Shown here: piece after piece, positions 36,626 through 47,734 of the stretch
Numbering within the stretch: position 1 is the first letter of the stretch
Layout of the letters: each line of letters starts with the position of its first letter
Position numbers and translations under genes: made by a program
Assembly: GCA_001643675.2 (NCBI GenBank)
Contig: LSRY02000043.1
Coordinates: 372,001 to 436,000, forward strand
Length of the DNA: 64,000 nucleotides
From: Monocercomonoides exilis PA203
Lineage: Eukaryota > Protista > Preaxostyla
Direction: 5' to 3'
The notes under the pieces: generated by a model
The model's database searches: none
Seen by the model: the letters and a program-made list of their open reading frames with translations, nothing else
What the model was told of the DNA's origin: nothing

Positions 36626-38081
36626 TTATCTGTTTTCTGCATGTTCTGCAGCGTGCTCGGCATACTGGCTGAACTTCACGTTCTTATGACACACGTCACA
36701 TTCAATCTCCACATCCTCATTCGTCCCTTCATCCATCTTTCCAGCCATCATCCCATAGCCCTGCATTCCTCCTCCTCCTCCCATCTGCTTAGACGAAGGT
36801 CCAATGATCCTCTCAGTAGGTCCGCCCAGCGAAGGGATGGGCGGGCGAGCCTGAGGACCTGACGGTGATGAACCGGGGCGCGGGTATCCGAGCATTGCCG
36901 GGTTGGAGATCACAGGAACGGAAGGGGAAACTTGCGGATAGGAAGGCATAGATGGGATAGATGGGATAGATGGGATGGATGGGATGGATGGAATTGAGGG
37001 GATGGAAGGGATGGAGGGGATAGAAGGAATGGTTGGAACACGCGCAGGCTGCGGCTGAGAGGCATACGGGTTTTGCTGTGGTGGTGAAGCTGAAGGATAA
37101 GAGTGGAAAGAAGGAACCGAGGACATCTCAGAAGGAGATGTCATTGGATTGCGAGGTATGGAAGGTAGTTGTGGAGCGCTTGGCATTTGAGGTTTGATTT
37201 GTGGATGCGATGCACCAGCTGGAGGATACGACGATGTAGGAGAAGACGAAACGGAATAAGGATTTGGAGGCATAGGATATGATCCCATCTGGGACGGTGG
37301 AGATGAGGACATGGATGTTGGATTCATTCCGGGAAATGAAGGCTGGTTTTGAATCTGTTGGGGATTATTGTATTGTTCATAAGGAGAAGAGGCAGATGGA
37401 TTTGTTGCAGTAGGAACGCTTGAAATATCCTCAGGTGCAGCATCCCCTTGAGGAGGATATGCGTGAAATCCAACTCCATCATCAACATCTTCATAAGCAT
37501 TTTCACCCTTTGAATAGTCTGTCGGATTTGCTAATTTACTCTGCATAAGATTGGTTATAAGATCTAAGCGCTATCGTTTCCATTTTATTTTTCGAAAAAT
37601 GAACATAAAGCTCTATAAATAGAACAAGTGTTATGCAAACATGCTTTATATCCCCAAACTCTTCATCAACATGCTCATGGAATTGAGCATCGTCTGACGG
37701 AGGTTCCTAGTAGCGAAATAAAAATAACAACAATGGATAAAGAATTATCTTTTTGGATGTTTACACTAAATAATAGAATACAGTTAATTTATTTTGTATA
37801 AGTACAGCTTTTTAAATAGTGGAAATCAATAAAGAAAACTATAACATATCAAGAAAATAAATCCCTCTCAAACCTATTTTATTTGTCAAAGAATTTGCTA
37901 ACTGAACATTATCAATGCCATTTGTTTGGTTAGTGTTCAGCTTTTCAAATATATCTTTCACAATAAGTGTGTACAACGTTTGCATGAAAGATTGAAAATC
38001 CGGATATAACTGTGAAATTATTTCGATTTTGTCCTCTGAAAATTCTTCTGGTGGCAAATCAACGAACGAGAACCAAGCCAT
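36626..38081 (-). CDS. Pro/Ser-rich protein with C-terminal C2H2 (UBZ-like) zinc finger, 3 exons
   Basis: Exon 1 is ORF 37839..38081. Exon 2 is about 37640-37707. Exon 3 has (PSI)n repeats and ECDVCHKNVKFSQYAEHAAEH. Confidence 0.7.
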
Positions 38082-38280
38082 TGCTTCAAGTGAATCTATT
38101 CAATGTGATCTTTTCTATAACTTATATTTTCATATCCAAGTCTCAATATTTCAATTTCAGAAAGCGGCAACTTTCTATTTATCAATAATTGGATTAAATG
38201 CTGAAAAAAACAAATACAGAGACTCTGAAATTTATTATATTTTATGTGATCAAGACTGAAGATTTTTTCTTCAAAGAAAG

Positions 38281-39219
38281 ATGGCTTCTCAAAGTTCTTT
38301 TATGTCCTCTTTTTTTTATCCGTGCCCAACTTGGGAAGAATATGTTCACCAATGTTCTGGCTTTGCGGAAGATAACATTAACTTTATATTCAGTCGCTCG
38401 TTTGCGAACAAGATTGTCTTTTGGAGCGGAATAGTGAAAACCATTGGAGCAAATTTTGTTACAATATTGCCTAATCCACCAGATTTAGAATCTGAACATC
38501 CAGTAATTATTTTAAATCTTAAAGAAGAACTTCTTTCAGGCTTCAAGTACTATTTTGAAATTGGGAAGCCAGTAACTTTTGCTGGAATTCTTGTAGATTA
38601 TGGTAAAGAAATTAAGATTCTTTTTGATGGATATTTTAGCTTTATTTATAAATCAATGTAAAATATTTTTGATTATTTTTGAGGCAAACATTCTCCAACA
38701 GTTCTTGATGCTGTTCCACGAAATATTGCACGCTCAAGCATTTTGCCTTTATCATACGCAAAATTTAATTGCCTATTTGGCCAACATGCTCAAGAAATGG
38801 CAGCTTTGGCATTCGAAAGAATGTGGAAAGGAAAGAAAATTGTTCTTAATGGTCAATTAATCAATTTCGAAGATTGCTTGTATCAGTCCAGACGCATGGT
38901 TGGAATCAATTTCATTCCACATGGAGGCTATCTCAATGGTTTGACTTGCTTCACAACTTTTTTTTCAAAAAAAGAATTTAATCAAATTTGTTTTTTTATC
39001 AATAACAGAACAAGAAGAAAGAGTTAAATTGCTTATTCCAGCAGAAAATTATTCATTGATTGAATTTTGTCGAAACAGGAAAGAAACAAACGGTATGTAT
39101 CTGCTATCTTATTTGTTTTTCAGCCGAGTTGTTTGTCAAAATTATACTAATTATAATGGAGATTTTTGATAATATAAAAAGTTGATATAAATATGTATTC
39201 TTTTCATGCTTTTGCAACG

Positions 39220-39280
<61 letters not shown>

Positions 39281-40995
39281 CCATTCAAATTAATGTTTTC
39301 TTTCATTCTTCTTTTTTTTTTATACTTTATTTCTTTAACGACTTTGTGTGACTTGTTCACTCTCAGAATATGAAGTTCTTTGCCAATGCCTTGAGCGCGG
39401 AAAACCTCACCTGTTTCTGCTTTGTTCAGTGACAAATTCCTGTTCTTTGCGTTCCTCTCCCGCAAGCAAATATTTTAATCGTTCTTTATATCCTTCCCCT
39501 CTATCTTCCACTTTCTCTTCTTCATTTTCTTCTTCTCCTTCATTTGATGCTTCTGCTTCATTAAATGAATCGCTTTCCTCGTTGGCTATGCTGACAAACA
39601 GACTGTCGCAAGCCTGCTCTTTAGCATCCAACGCCTCGTCTCCGATGCAGCCTTCGCTTTCTTCTGCTTCGCTTTCTTCTTACCCGTCCCAGTGGTCTAC
39701 GCAAAGCCAGACGATGCCCAACAGCAGCACAATGCCGTATCAGCCTGCGCAATACCCACCAGTCGCCCAGGTGCCTCAGATGCCTCAGATGCCTCAAATG
39801 CCACAAATGCAGCCACAAATGCAACAAACGCCACGAATACCGCAGACTCCACAAATACCTCAAATACCACAAATACCGCAAATACCTCAAATACCCCACA
39901 TCCCCCCGTCTGGCGCAGGAATGCAGATGGGAATGGGAGACGAGCAAAAAGACGAGAAGATATATGAAACTAAAGGTTTGAGAAAGAGATGTTCAGATGG
40001 AGTTGATAGTGTATTGATATAAAAATAATTTGAAAAGATGTATATGTAATTTTTTTAAAAAAAAAACCAAATTAATGAAAACAAATAACAATTGTTTTAT
40101 TGAATTAAAAATAGATGAAAATGCTTTTCTCATTTCTTTTGAAATATGGAGGTGGAAATTTTCATTATTTTTTTTCATTTTTGTTTTTCAATATTTATAT
40201 CTCATTTTTTCCCCTGATATTTTTAATTCTTCTGTTTATTTTATTGCTTTGTGTGAAATGCGCAAATTATGTGGAATGATTGATTGACTGATATCTTCTC
40301 TATGCCTTTCAAAGTGGAGGCGCCTCGAACACCAACCCCGCCTCCGGAGTTTCCTCCAATGACGATTGAAGAAGAAGACAAAAACGAATTTTTGTGCAAT
40401 ATTTCAAGAATGGTGTGCATGCTATCACCGGAATTTGATGCTTTGAATTGCTATTGTGAATGGATTTCATTATGCTTTGCTGAATGTTTTTTTCTCTTTC
40501 AAAAATAATAATGCTTTTTCTTTTCTTTTCTTTTCTTTTTCTTTTCCAATAAATATTGCAATCTCGATTTATTTTATTTGTGAATTATATTGCATTTTTA
40601 TTTTTCCATATCTTACTTTTTTTTTCTGATATTACCACAATATTTAGATTATGCTCGATCCTGTTCGTCTTCCAAGCGGAAAAGTGTATGAAAGAGAACA
40701 GCTTATAAACATTGTAAAAAGCTCGGGGGTTTCACCTGATACTTTTGATGCATTGACCGAAGAAGAGCTAAATGATGTGATGAAGCCTGACGAAGAACTG
40801 AAGCAAAAGATACAAAGTTTGTCTTTCATACAAATATATAAATGTTTTTAAAAAAAAATTTTTTTTTCCCCGTAATTATCAAACATCCTTATAAATTTAC
40901 CGTTTGCTGCTTTGAAAAAAAAAAATGTACGTTCAGGATATCTTGCTTTGTACCCTCACAGGCATCCAAATGCAACAAAATCAAATGATGAATAG
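38281..40995 (+). CDS. U-box E3 ubiquitin ligase with duplicated N-terminal domain
   Basis: C-terminal EFLCNISR-IMLDPVRLPSGKVYEREQL...SPDT...PDEELKQKIQ is a U-box. Multi-exon gene; stop TAG at 40993-40995. Confidence 0.82.
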
Positions 40996-41729
40996 AAGAT
41001 TTTTATAATAATGTTATATTGGAAACATTTTTATTTAAATGGTTTTATTTTTTGTGGTTTTCTTCTGTTCTTTCTTCATCTTATTTTTGGATTGAATCTT
41101 TTTCAATTTTCAATGGAATGTTGAGGCAATTAAGAAAAGAAAAGAAAAGAAAAATGGAGCTGATGTAAAAATTTGCAAGTTGAATGAGAAACTGCTTTTC
41201 TAACAAAATGAAGTGCAAATGAAGAATTATATCACCTTTTTCATTATATTCAGAAGCAAAGAAGTATTCATTAGCAAATTTCTATCGTTGCAAAAAAAAT
41301 CTTAATTGGTTAAACTTCGATAAAATTATGCTAATAACATGATGAAAATACGAGAAAAAAAATGACAATAATTGACGTTTGAAACGTTATTGAAATTGTC
41401 AAATCTTCTCTTTTTATTGCGCTGATAATGTTATGTTTCTTTTCCAGTTCAAAGCCATGAATGAGCATTTTTGTTCCTTTTGCTCAAAGATTCGATAAAT
41501 AGATATTTGAAACGAAGAAAAAGTGCGATTTATCTCAAAGTGATGTTCCAAGTTTATAAGAAATAGATGGAAGTTGGCTTGTTTTTTTTTTTTCGTTCTT
41601 TTTGAATTATTCTTTCTTTGAAGAAAAAAAGATAAATCAAAATTCTGCTTCATTTCTAAAAAATAAAAATAGAAAATAAATTTTTTTGAACAAAAGAAAA
41701 TTTAATTGATAATTAAGAGCTCTTTCAAT

Positions 41730-43402
41730 TCACCACGGAGTAGGAATATCGCCTTTAGCTTTCTTTAATGAAGATTTCTTCATCTGCTTCATAACAATAA
41801 TCTTTGCCGTTGCTCCAATATCGCCAATCCCAATCTGAACACAAAAAAAATCAGAATTAACAACAAAATAAATTGTGTTATAAAACAAAATTTTGTTAAT
41901 AATCGAAATATCAAAACAAAGTTTGTTGCACACCCCAAATTGACACGGTATAGGAATTCCAGTGTAGTATATTGGCTGTCTCTTTCCATCTACAAAGAAA
42001 ATTAGTGTCTTTTTCTTTGTGTCAACTTCCATTCCCATCTGATTGTCTGTAGTCCACGCCGAATTACCACTGGTAGATTTCCCCTGCTGATAGCAAATAC
42101 CGTCTGTGTAGTATGCGACAGACGAGGTTTCTCCAAAGCACGAATCTTCGGTTTGTCCCCAAGGATATTGGCATATCCCCACCACAGGCGTCCATCCACT
42201 ACCGACTGCTCCTTTGATCTGAAATTCCACATGCCATATGCCTTTCTTCATTGCTTTGTCCACCAGCGCCATGCATCCCAAAGTCCCTGGCCATGTTGCC
42301 AAGTTCTTTTTAATTACAACGTAAGAACAAAGCGCAGGCGCAAATCCACATGCTGGTTCTAAAGTTTAGATTAAATGAAACGAAAAGTCAAAGCAATAAA
42401 TGTACATATCAAATATTGTGTTAATATAATAACTCATACTTTTCATAGGCTTCATTTTTTTTATTTTCCCTGATTTTTTCGTTTTTGAATCTGAACTTGA
42501 ATCATCAGAAGATGATGAATCGCTCAAACTCTCATCATCAGAATCCGAGCTTGAACTTGAATCTTTTTCATCATCTGAATCTGAATCTGAATCTGAATCG
42601 GAGTCAGAGTCGGAGTCGGAGTCAGAGTCAGAATCAGAATCAGAATCAGAGCTTTCTGAATTTGATTTTTCAGAATCAGAATCCTTCTTTTCCTTTTTCA
42701 TTTTTGATTTGTCTGTGTGGCTTTTATCAGTAGAATCATCGTGCTTATTTTCTCCCTCTTTCTCCAACTTTTCGGACTTTTCTTGAAGAAATTTATAAAA
42801 CTTATTTAAGTCTGTTTTTGGTTTTTTCTGCGCGACCTGTTGCTTCAAACATTCTGGCAATTCTGTTTCCGTTTTAATAGGCTTTTTCCCTATCCAGTTA
42901 TATATTTTTAACAAATATCAAAAAAAGATAACTTCATAAAAACAAACTGATATCCTCCATAAGCGTTGAGAAAAGAGGTGTTGCAGTTGTTGGAGTTATT
43001 TCAAATTTTTTCGATAGCGTATTTATCATTTTATCTTTACATTTGTTTGTAAGTAAAAGACTTAAAGTTCTTCCTGTTTGAGATAAAATTGATATCATTT
43101 TTGCTTTAATTCCGGGTGAATGTGGGAGATCTTCTAATCCTAGATTCGATAATAATTGATCAGTTGATAATGTTTGATGTGACATGTTGCGTTCTTCCTG
43201 AAATTTTATTTTATAACTTCAAAATTATAACTTCTAATTTTGTGAAGATCTTAACAGTAATTAAAAATTTGACATTATCATTTGTGTCTTTTTTTTTTTG
43301 GAGAGCAATCATCTCATCTATATAATGAATGAGCCCATCTGATCTGATAAATGGCAAATCTTCGTCAACTACTTCGGATAATGATAAAATCAATCGTTTC
43401 AC
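41730..43402 (-). CDS. SPRY/B30.2-domain protein, 3' exons in frame; 5' end uncertain or decayed
   Basis: KGIWHVEF...PVVGI...SVAYYTDG...GNSAW...MGMEVDTKKKTLIFFVDGKRQ is SPRY. It is preceded by a (DS)n tract. Four introns splice in frame. Confidence 0.78.
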
Positions 43403-45460
43403 TTATTTGATATTTCTTTTAAGAAAAGATTGAAATGGGTGGGGCAAAATCGTTGCCAATCGTGGAAGTGATTTCGATACCTGTTGCAAAACACAACAAA
43501 GCACATGAACCACGGTGGAATATGCTTTGGGAAGCATTGCTCCCTTCAGTGATGCCTCCCTCTCTCTTCTCGTCTCCACTTTCACTCCCAAATAGACTCT
43601 CACATTCTGTACCCCAAATACAAAAATCACTAGAGATAACACAACTGCAACTTCCATTGCCTCCAATGGTATTCCTCAACTACAACCATCATCGTCATTT
43701 CCTTCTTCTTCTTCTTCTCCTCCTTTTAATTCTTCTTTTCCTTCTTCTCCTTCTTCTTCCTCCTCCTTCTCTACTGCTTCTTCTTCTTCTTCTTCTTCTT
43801 CTTCTTCTTCTTCTTCTTCTTCTTCTTCTTCTTCTTCTTCTTCTTCTTCTTCTTCTTCTTCTTCTTCTTCTTCTTCTTCTTCTTCTTCTTCTTCTTCTTC
43901 TTCTTCTTCTTCTTCTTCTTCTTCTTCTTCTTCTTCTTCTTCTTCTTCTTCTTCTTCTTCTTCTTCTTCTTCTTCTTCTTCTTCTTCTTCTTCTTCTTCT
44001 TCTTCTTCTTCTTCTTCTTCTCAGCCTCGAACTTCTTCACCTTCTCCTCTACCTTTTCTTCCACATCTTCCTCTTTTTCTTCTCCGTCTCTTTCTTCACT
44101 TTCTTCTTTTCCTTTTTTATCACCTTCTTCTTCTTCTGCTGAAAACGAAATACTGATTCATCAATCATCATCATCATCACTCCTTCGAAACGTCTCGAAT
44201 AAAGCTTGTTCTTCAGATGTGCCAGCTTCAATCAACTTTCTTCCTCACTCAACATGCAATTTATTCAAGATCTCTTTCAACGTCTGCTCTTTTGCCGTCT
44301 CCTTCTCTTCTCTCTCCATTCACACTCCTCTTCCACCAGCCACCTCTGCCTCGTCCTCTCCAAAAGGGATCTTCAGTTTCAGTCACTTCCACAGCATCAT
44401 CCCAATTGAGAATGAAGCTGATTCTTTTGTTGCTTCCTTGTTCTTGTTCATCTATCATTCTGGTGCCTTCATCATCAAACACTCCTTCCTGTTTTCATCT
44501 TCATCATCATAGGCCAATGAAGGAAGAGGCGATTTTGTGAACTTTTCTCTCTTCACAGAAATATTGAAAGAAGATTCAATCAGCTGTGGAAGTCAAAGAG
44601 AAGAAAGAAGCATCTGAATCATCTGCTTAGCAGTCAGAATAAATGGCAATGATAGTAACCATATGCCAAGAGAATTTATGAGATTTGTGGAATCAGATTC
44701 CTCAAAAGAGGGGGAAAAGTTGTCTTCCTCATCCTCAAAGGCATGAAGAGCCTCATTCCAAAACACGGAACATGGCCTGGATGACTGTATGCTCTTCATT
44801 TGTTCGTTCTTACAATCATCACGGCGCTGATGAAAAGGAGAATATGCTGTCTTATCATTGAAAATAGACAAACAAGATTCAATTTATTTATGAATGGCAT
44901 GCATTCAAACAGAAGAACAGTGAAAGAGCGTTAGAAGTGAAAGTATCAGATGATAGAGATTCCAAAACAAAGGAAAGAATTAATAGAAAGACAGAAAGAA
45001 AGAAAGAAAGAAAAGAGAGGAAGGAAGGGATGTGGGTGAAATAGGATGTGGAAATGATGGAAAGGAGAGGAACGATTTTTTTGGAAAAGGTGATTTGAAG
45101 TGCATGAAACAAACACACTTCACCAAAAGGGATGAACAGAATGAGAGAGGAGTGAACATTTTGGACGGAATTATATTTCTTGTGGAAGGAAAAGCGAGGA
45201 AAGATTTATTGGAATGGGAAGGAATTCTTGTGAGAAAAGGCAGATGAAGAAATATTTTTTGGGTGGATGGCTGAACGTTTGATATTGGCTCGCACGCTCC
45301 CATTACAACAGGCGTTGCAGTTAATCGTTTGTTCTGAAGAATTTAGGAACTCTGTACTTTTCTTTTTTCTTTTCTTTATATTTTTTAAATTAGAGCTGCT
45401 GTGATAAAAATTTTTTTGAAAAGGCGAGTGGATTAATTCAAGAACATCAAAGTTTGACAA
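43403..45460 (-). pseudogene. Decayed coding region, probable former 5' part of the SPRY gene
   Basis: The Glu-rich reading frame continues through in-frame stops (GCS*GIPLEAMEV...; KRNIK*VKRLIL) and has frameshifts. Confidence 0.5.
43777..44021. repeat. Pure (CTT)n/(GAA)n trinucleotide tract, about 80 units
   Basis: Directly visible, uninterrupted, about 245 bp. Confidence 0.97.
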
Positions 45461-45794
45461 GAAACTATCATTTTTATCTTTTCGGCAAATGAATTATAGC
45501 TCGACCGATAAATTGCACGCAAAAATGGGTGTTGCAAAGGCTTATTCGAGATATTGTTAATTCACCAAAGCGTGTTTTTTCCCAAAAAATTCTGATTTGT
45601 CACCAAGATTTTTTTCTATTCTTGAAAAAGAAAAAACTTCAGAATTGATGATATCAAATTCAAGGTTGGTGAAAAATTATTGTGAAACGGTTTTATATAA
45701 GTAATTGAAACATATATGCTATTTCCATTTGCATTAAACTTAATTCAAAAACGGATGGAAATACAACCATTAATTTTTTATTGTTTTGAAATCA

Positions 45795-46652
45795 ATGTTT
45801 TTTGCAATTTGTTTGATTTCATGGACTTTTAGCGAAACTATGGTGGAGCTTATTAATAGTGACCCTTCTTCTACTTGGATTGCATACGACTATCCTCCTG
45901 AAATTATGACGGCTGAAAAACTTAAAAGAAGAGTTGGAGTTCATTTGCCTCATAGAGAAACGAGAATATGGTCCGCAATTCCCGAAGTACCAGAAGAATT
46001 TGATTCACGATCGTATTGGCAAGGAAAAATTCTTGGAGTTAGAGATCAAGGAGATTGTGGATCATGCTGGGCATTTGCAATTTCTGAATGTGTTGGCGAT
46101 AGAATCAATATTATTGGTCGTGGACGAGGGCATATGTCGCCTCAAGATCTAGTATCTTGTGATAAAGATGACATGGGATGCGATGGTTCAACACTCGATC
46201 CTGCATGGCAATGGATTTTTACTGATGGTATAACAAACGAAGATTGTATGCCTTATGTATCCGGAACTGGAAGAGTCCCTCAATGCCCAAAGCGGTGTAT
46301 CAATGGATCAACAATCATCCGAACTCGAGCAAATTCTTGGCGTTATTTACACGATGATGAAATGCAAAAGGAGATCTATGAACATGGTCCAATCCAGGTC
46401 GCATTTACTGTGTATGATGACTTTCGAACATATAAAAGTGGTGTATATAAGCATAAATATGGAAGCGCATGTGGAGGTCATGCTGTCCTTTGCTTAGGAT
46501 GGGGAGTGGAAAATGGAACCCCTTATTGGCTTTGCCAAAACTCTTGGGGTTCTTCGTGGGGCGATGAAGGGCTTTTCAAGATACTAAGAGGTGATAATCA
46601 TTGCGGAATAGAAAGTTATGCCTTTTGCGGAGTTTTTGGCAACCCTAAATAA
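45795..46652 (+). CDS. Cathepsin B-like cysteine protease (papain family C1A), intronless
   Basis: Signal peptide, short propeptide, QGDCGSCWAF (catalytic Cys), GGHAV (His), QNSWG (Asn), FKILRGDNHCGIES. Confidence 0.96.
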   Translation: MFFAICLISWTFSETMVELINSDPSSTWIAYDYPPEIMTAEKLKRRVGVHLPHRETRIWSAIPEVPEEFDSRSYWQGKILGVRDQGDCGSCWAFAISECVGDRINIIGRGRGHMSPQDLVSCDKDDMGCDGSTLDPAWQWIFTDGITNEDCMPYVSGTGRVPQCPKRCINGSTIIRTRANSWRYLHDDEMQKEIYEHGPIQVAFTVYDDFRTYKSGVYKHKYGSACGGHAVLCLGWGVENGTPYWLCQNSWGSSWGDEGLFKILRGDNHCGIESYAFCGVFGNPK

Positions 46653-47734
46653 TTATCAGAAATTGTCAGATATTTTCGTTATTATCTTTATTTAAAAGGA
46701 ATCAACTTTGTTATATTGAACAGTTAATTGTATTATTTTTTCATTTTCTCGAATATTGTCCTGTTATATGTCTTTATTTGTGAATGCACATTTACTTTGA
46801 TTTTGTTATAAATTGTTGTGCTTAACGGCTTCTCTCTATTTCGAAAATTTTCGGGAAAAAAAAAGAGAGAGAGCGAGGAATTGATGTGCCAGGGTTGTTA
46901 GAGGTCGAAGAACATTTACATGTATAAATTTCATTGGTTTTTTTGATTTTGACTTTCTTTCTTTCTTTTTTTGAATAAAAATCCAAAAAAAAAAAAAAAT
47001 ATTATTTTCTCTTTTCGATACAATGAATAGCAAAGAGATAATTTGTGAATCGCATAACCAGATGCTTAAAACAAGAGAGGATCAATATTTGTCGAAGTAT
47101 GCTCAATGCTTCAATGCCTTTTTTGAAGGAATGGAATTTAAAAAAAAAAAGAAAAAGAAAAAGAAAAAGAAAAAACAGGAAGCATCCGAAGCAATTCATA
47201 AATGGATAATGAAGATTGGGTTGTTGCACCAACTCTTATTGACAAAGAATAAATATGAAAATTGAGTGTGATTGATTATTATGTGTGGTCATTGGAAAAA
47301 CAGAAACAAAATGAAAAACCAGAAACTTATTAAAGCTTTTATGCAACGCTTATTTATCTTTTTTTTATAAGAAAAAGAAAGTTAAATAAGCATTCATAAA
47401 TGAGGATTGGAAAATGGTTTCTTATTTAAATATCAAAAAGGATGCATATCTATCTAAAATACTGCGAACAATATGTTTCTCAAGATCAAGAACCAGATAA
47501 ATGACAAAAAGCTTAATTGTAATTAAATAAAAAATGAACTGATCATTTTTAAAAATCGCAGAAAAGAAAATGAAAATGTTTAAAAAAAAGAAAAAGAAAA
47601 AGAATGAAAGAAGGTTTCCAAATAAAAAGCAGAACTAACATCTTGAGCCGAACAATGCATTTGCTCTATTTTTATTTTTATTTTATATTATTCTCTATTT
47701 TTCTTTTCTATTTTTTTTCCCTATTTTTTTTTTT

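Noticed and set aside
36950-37030. Tandem 9-bp repeats as a CRISPR-like array
   Set aside because: No spacers. They encode the (PSI)n peptide repeat in a eukaryotic exon.
43435-44142. Poly-Leu (+) and poly-Lys (-) ORFs
   Set aside because: Artefacts of the (CTT)n tract.
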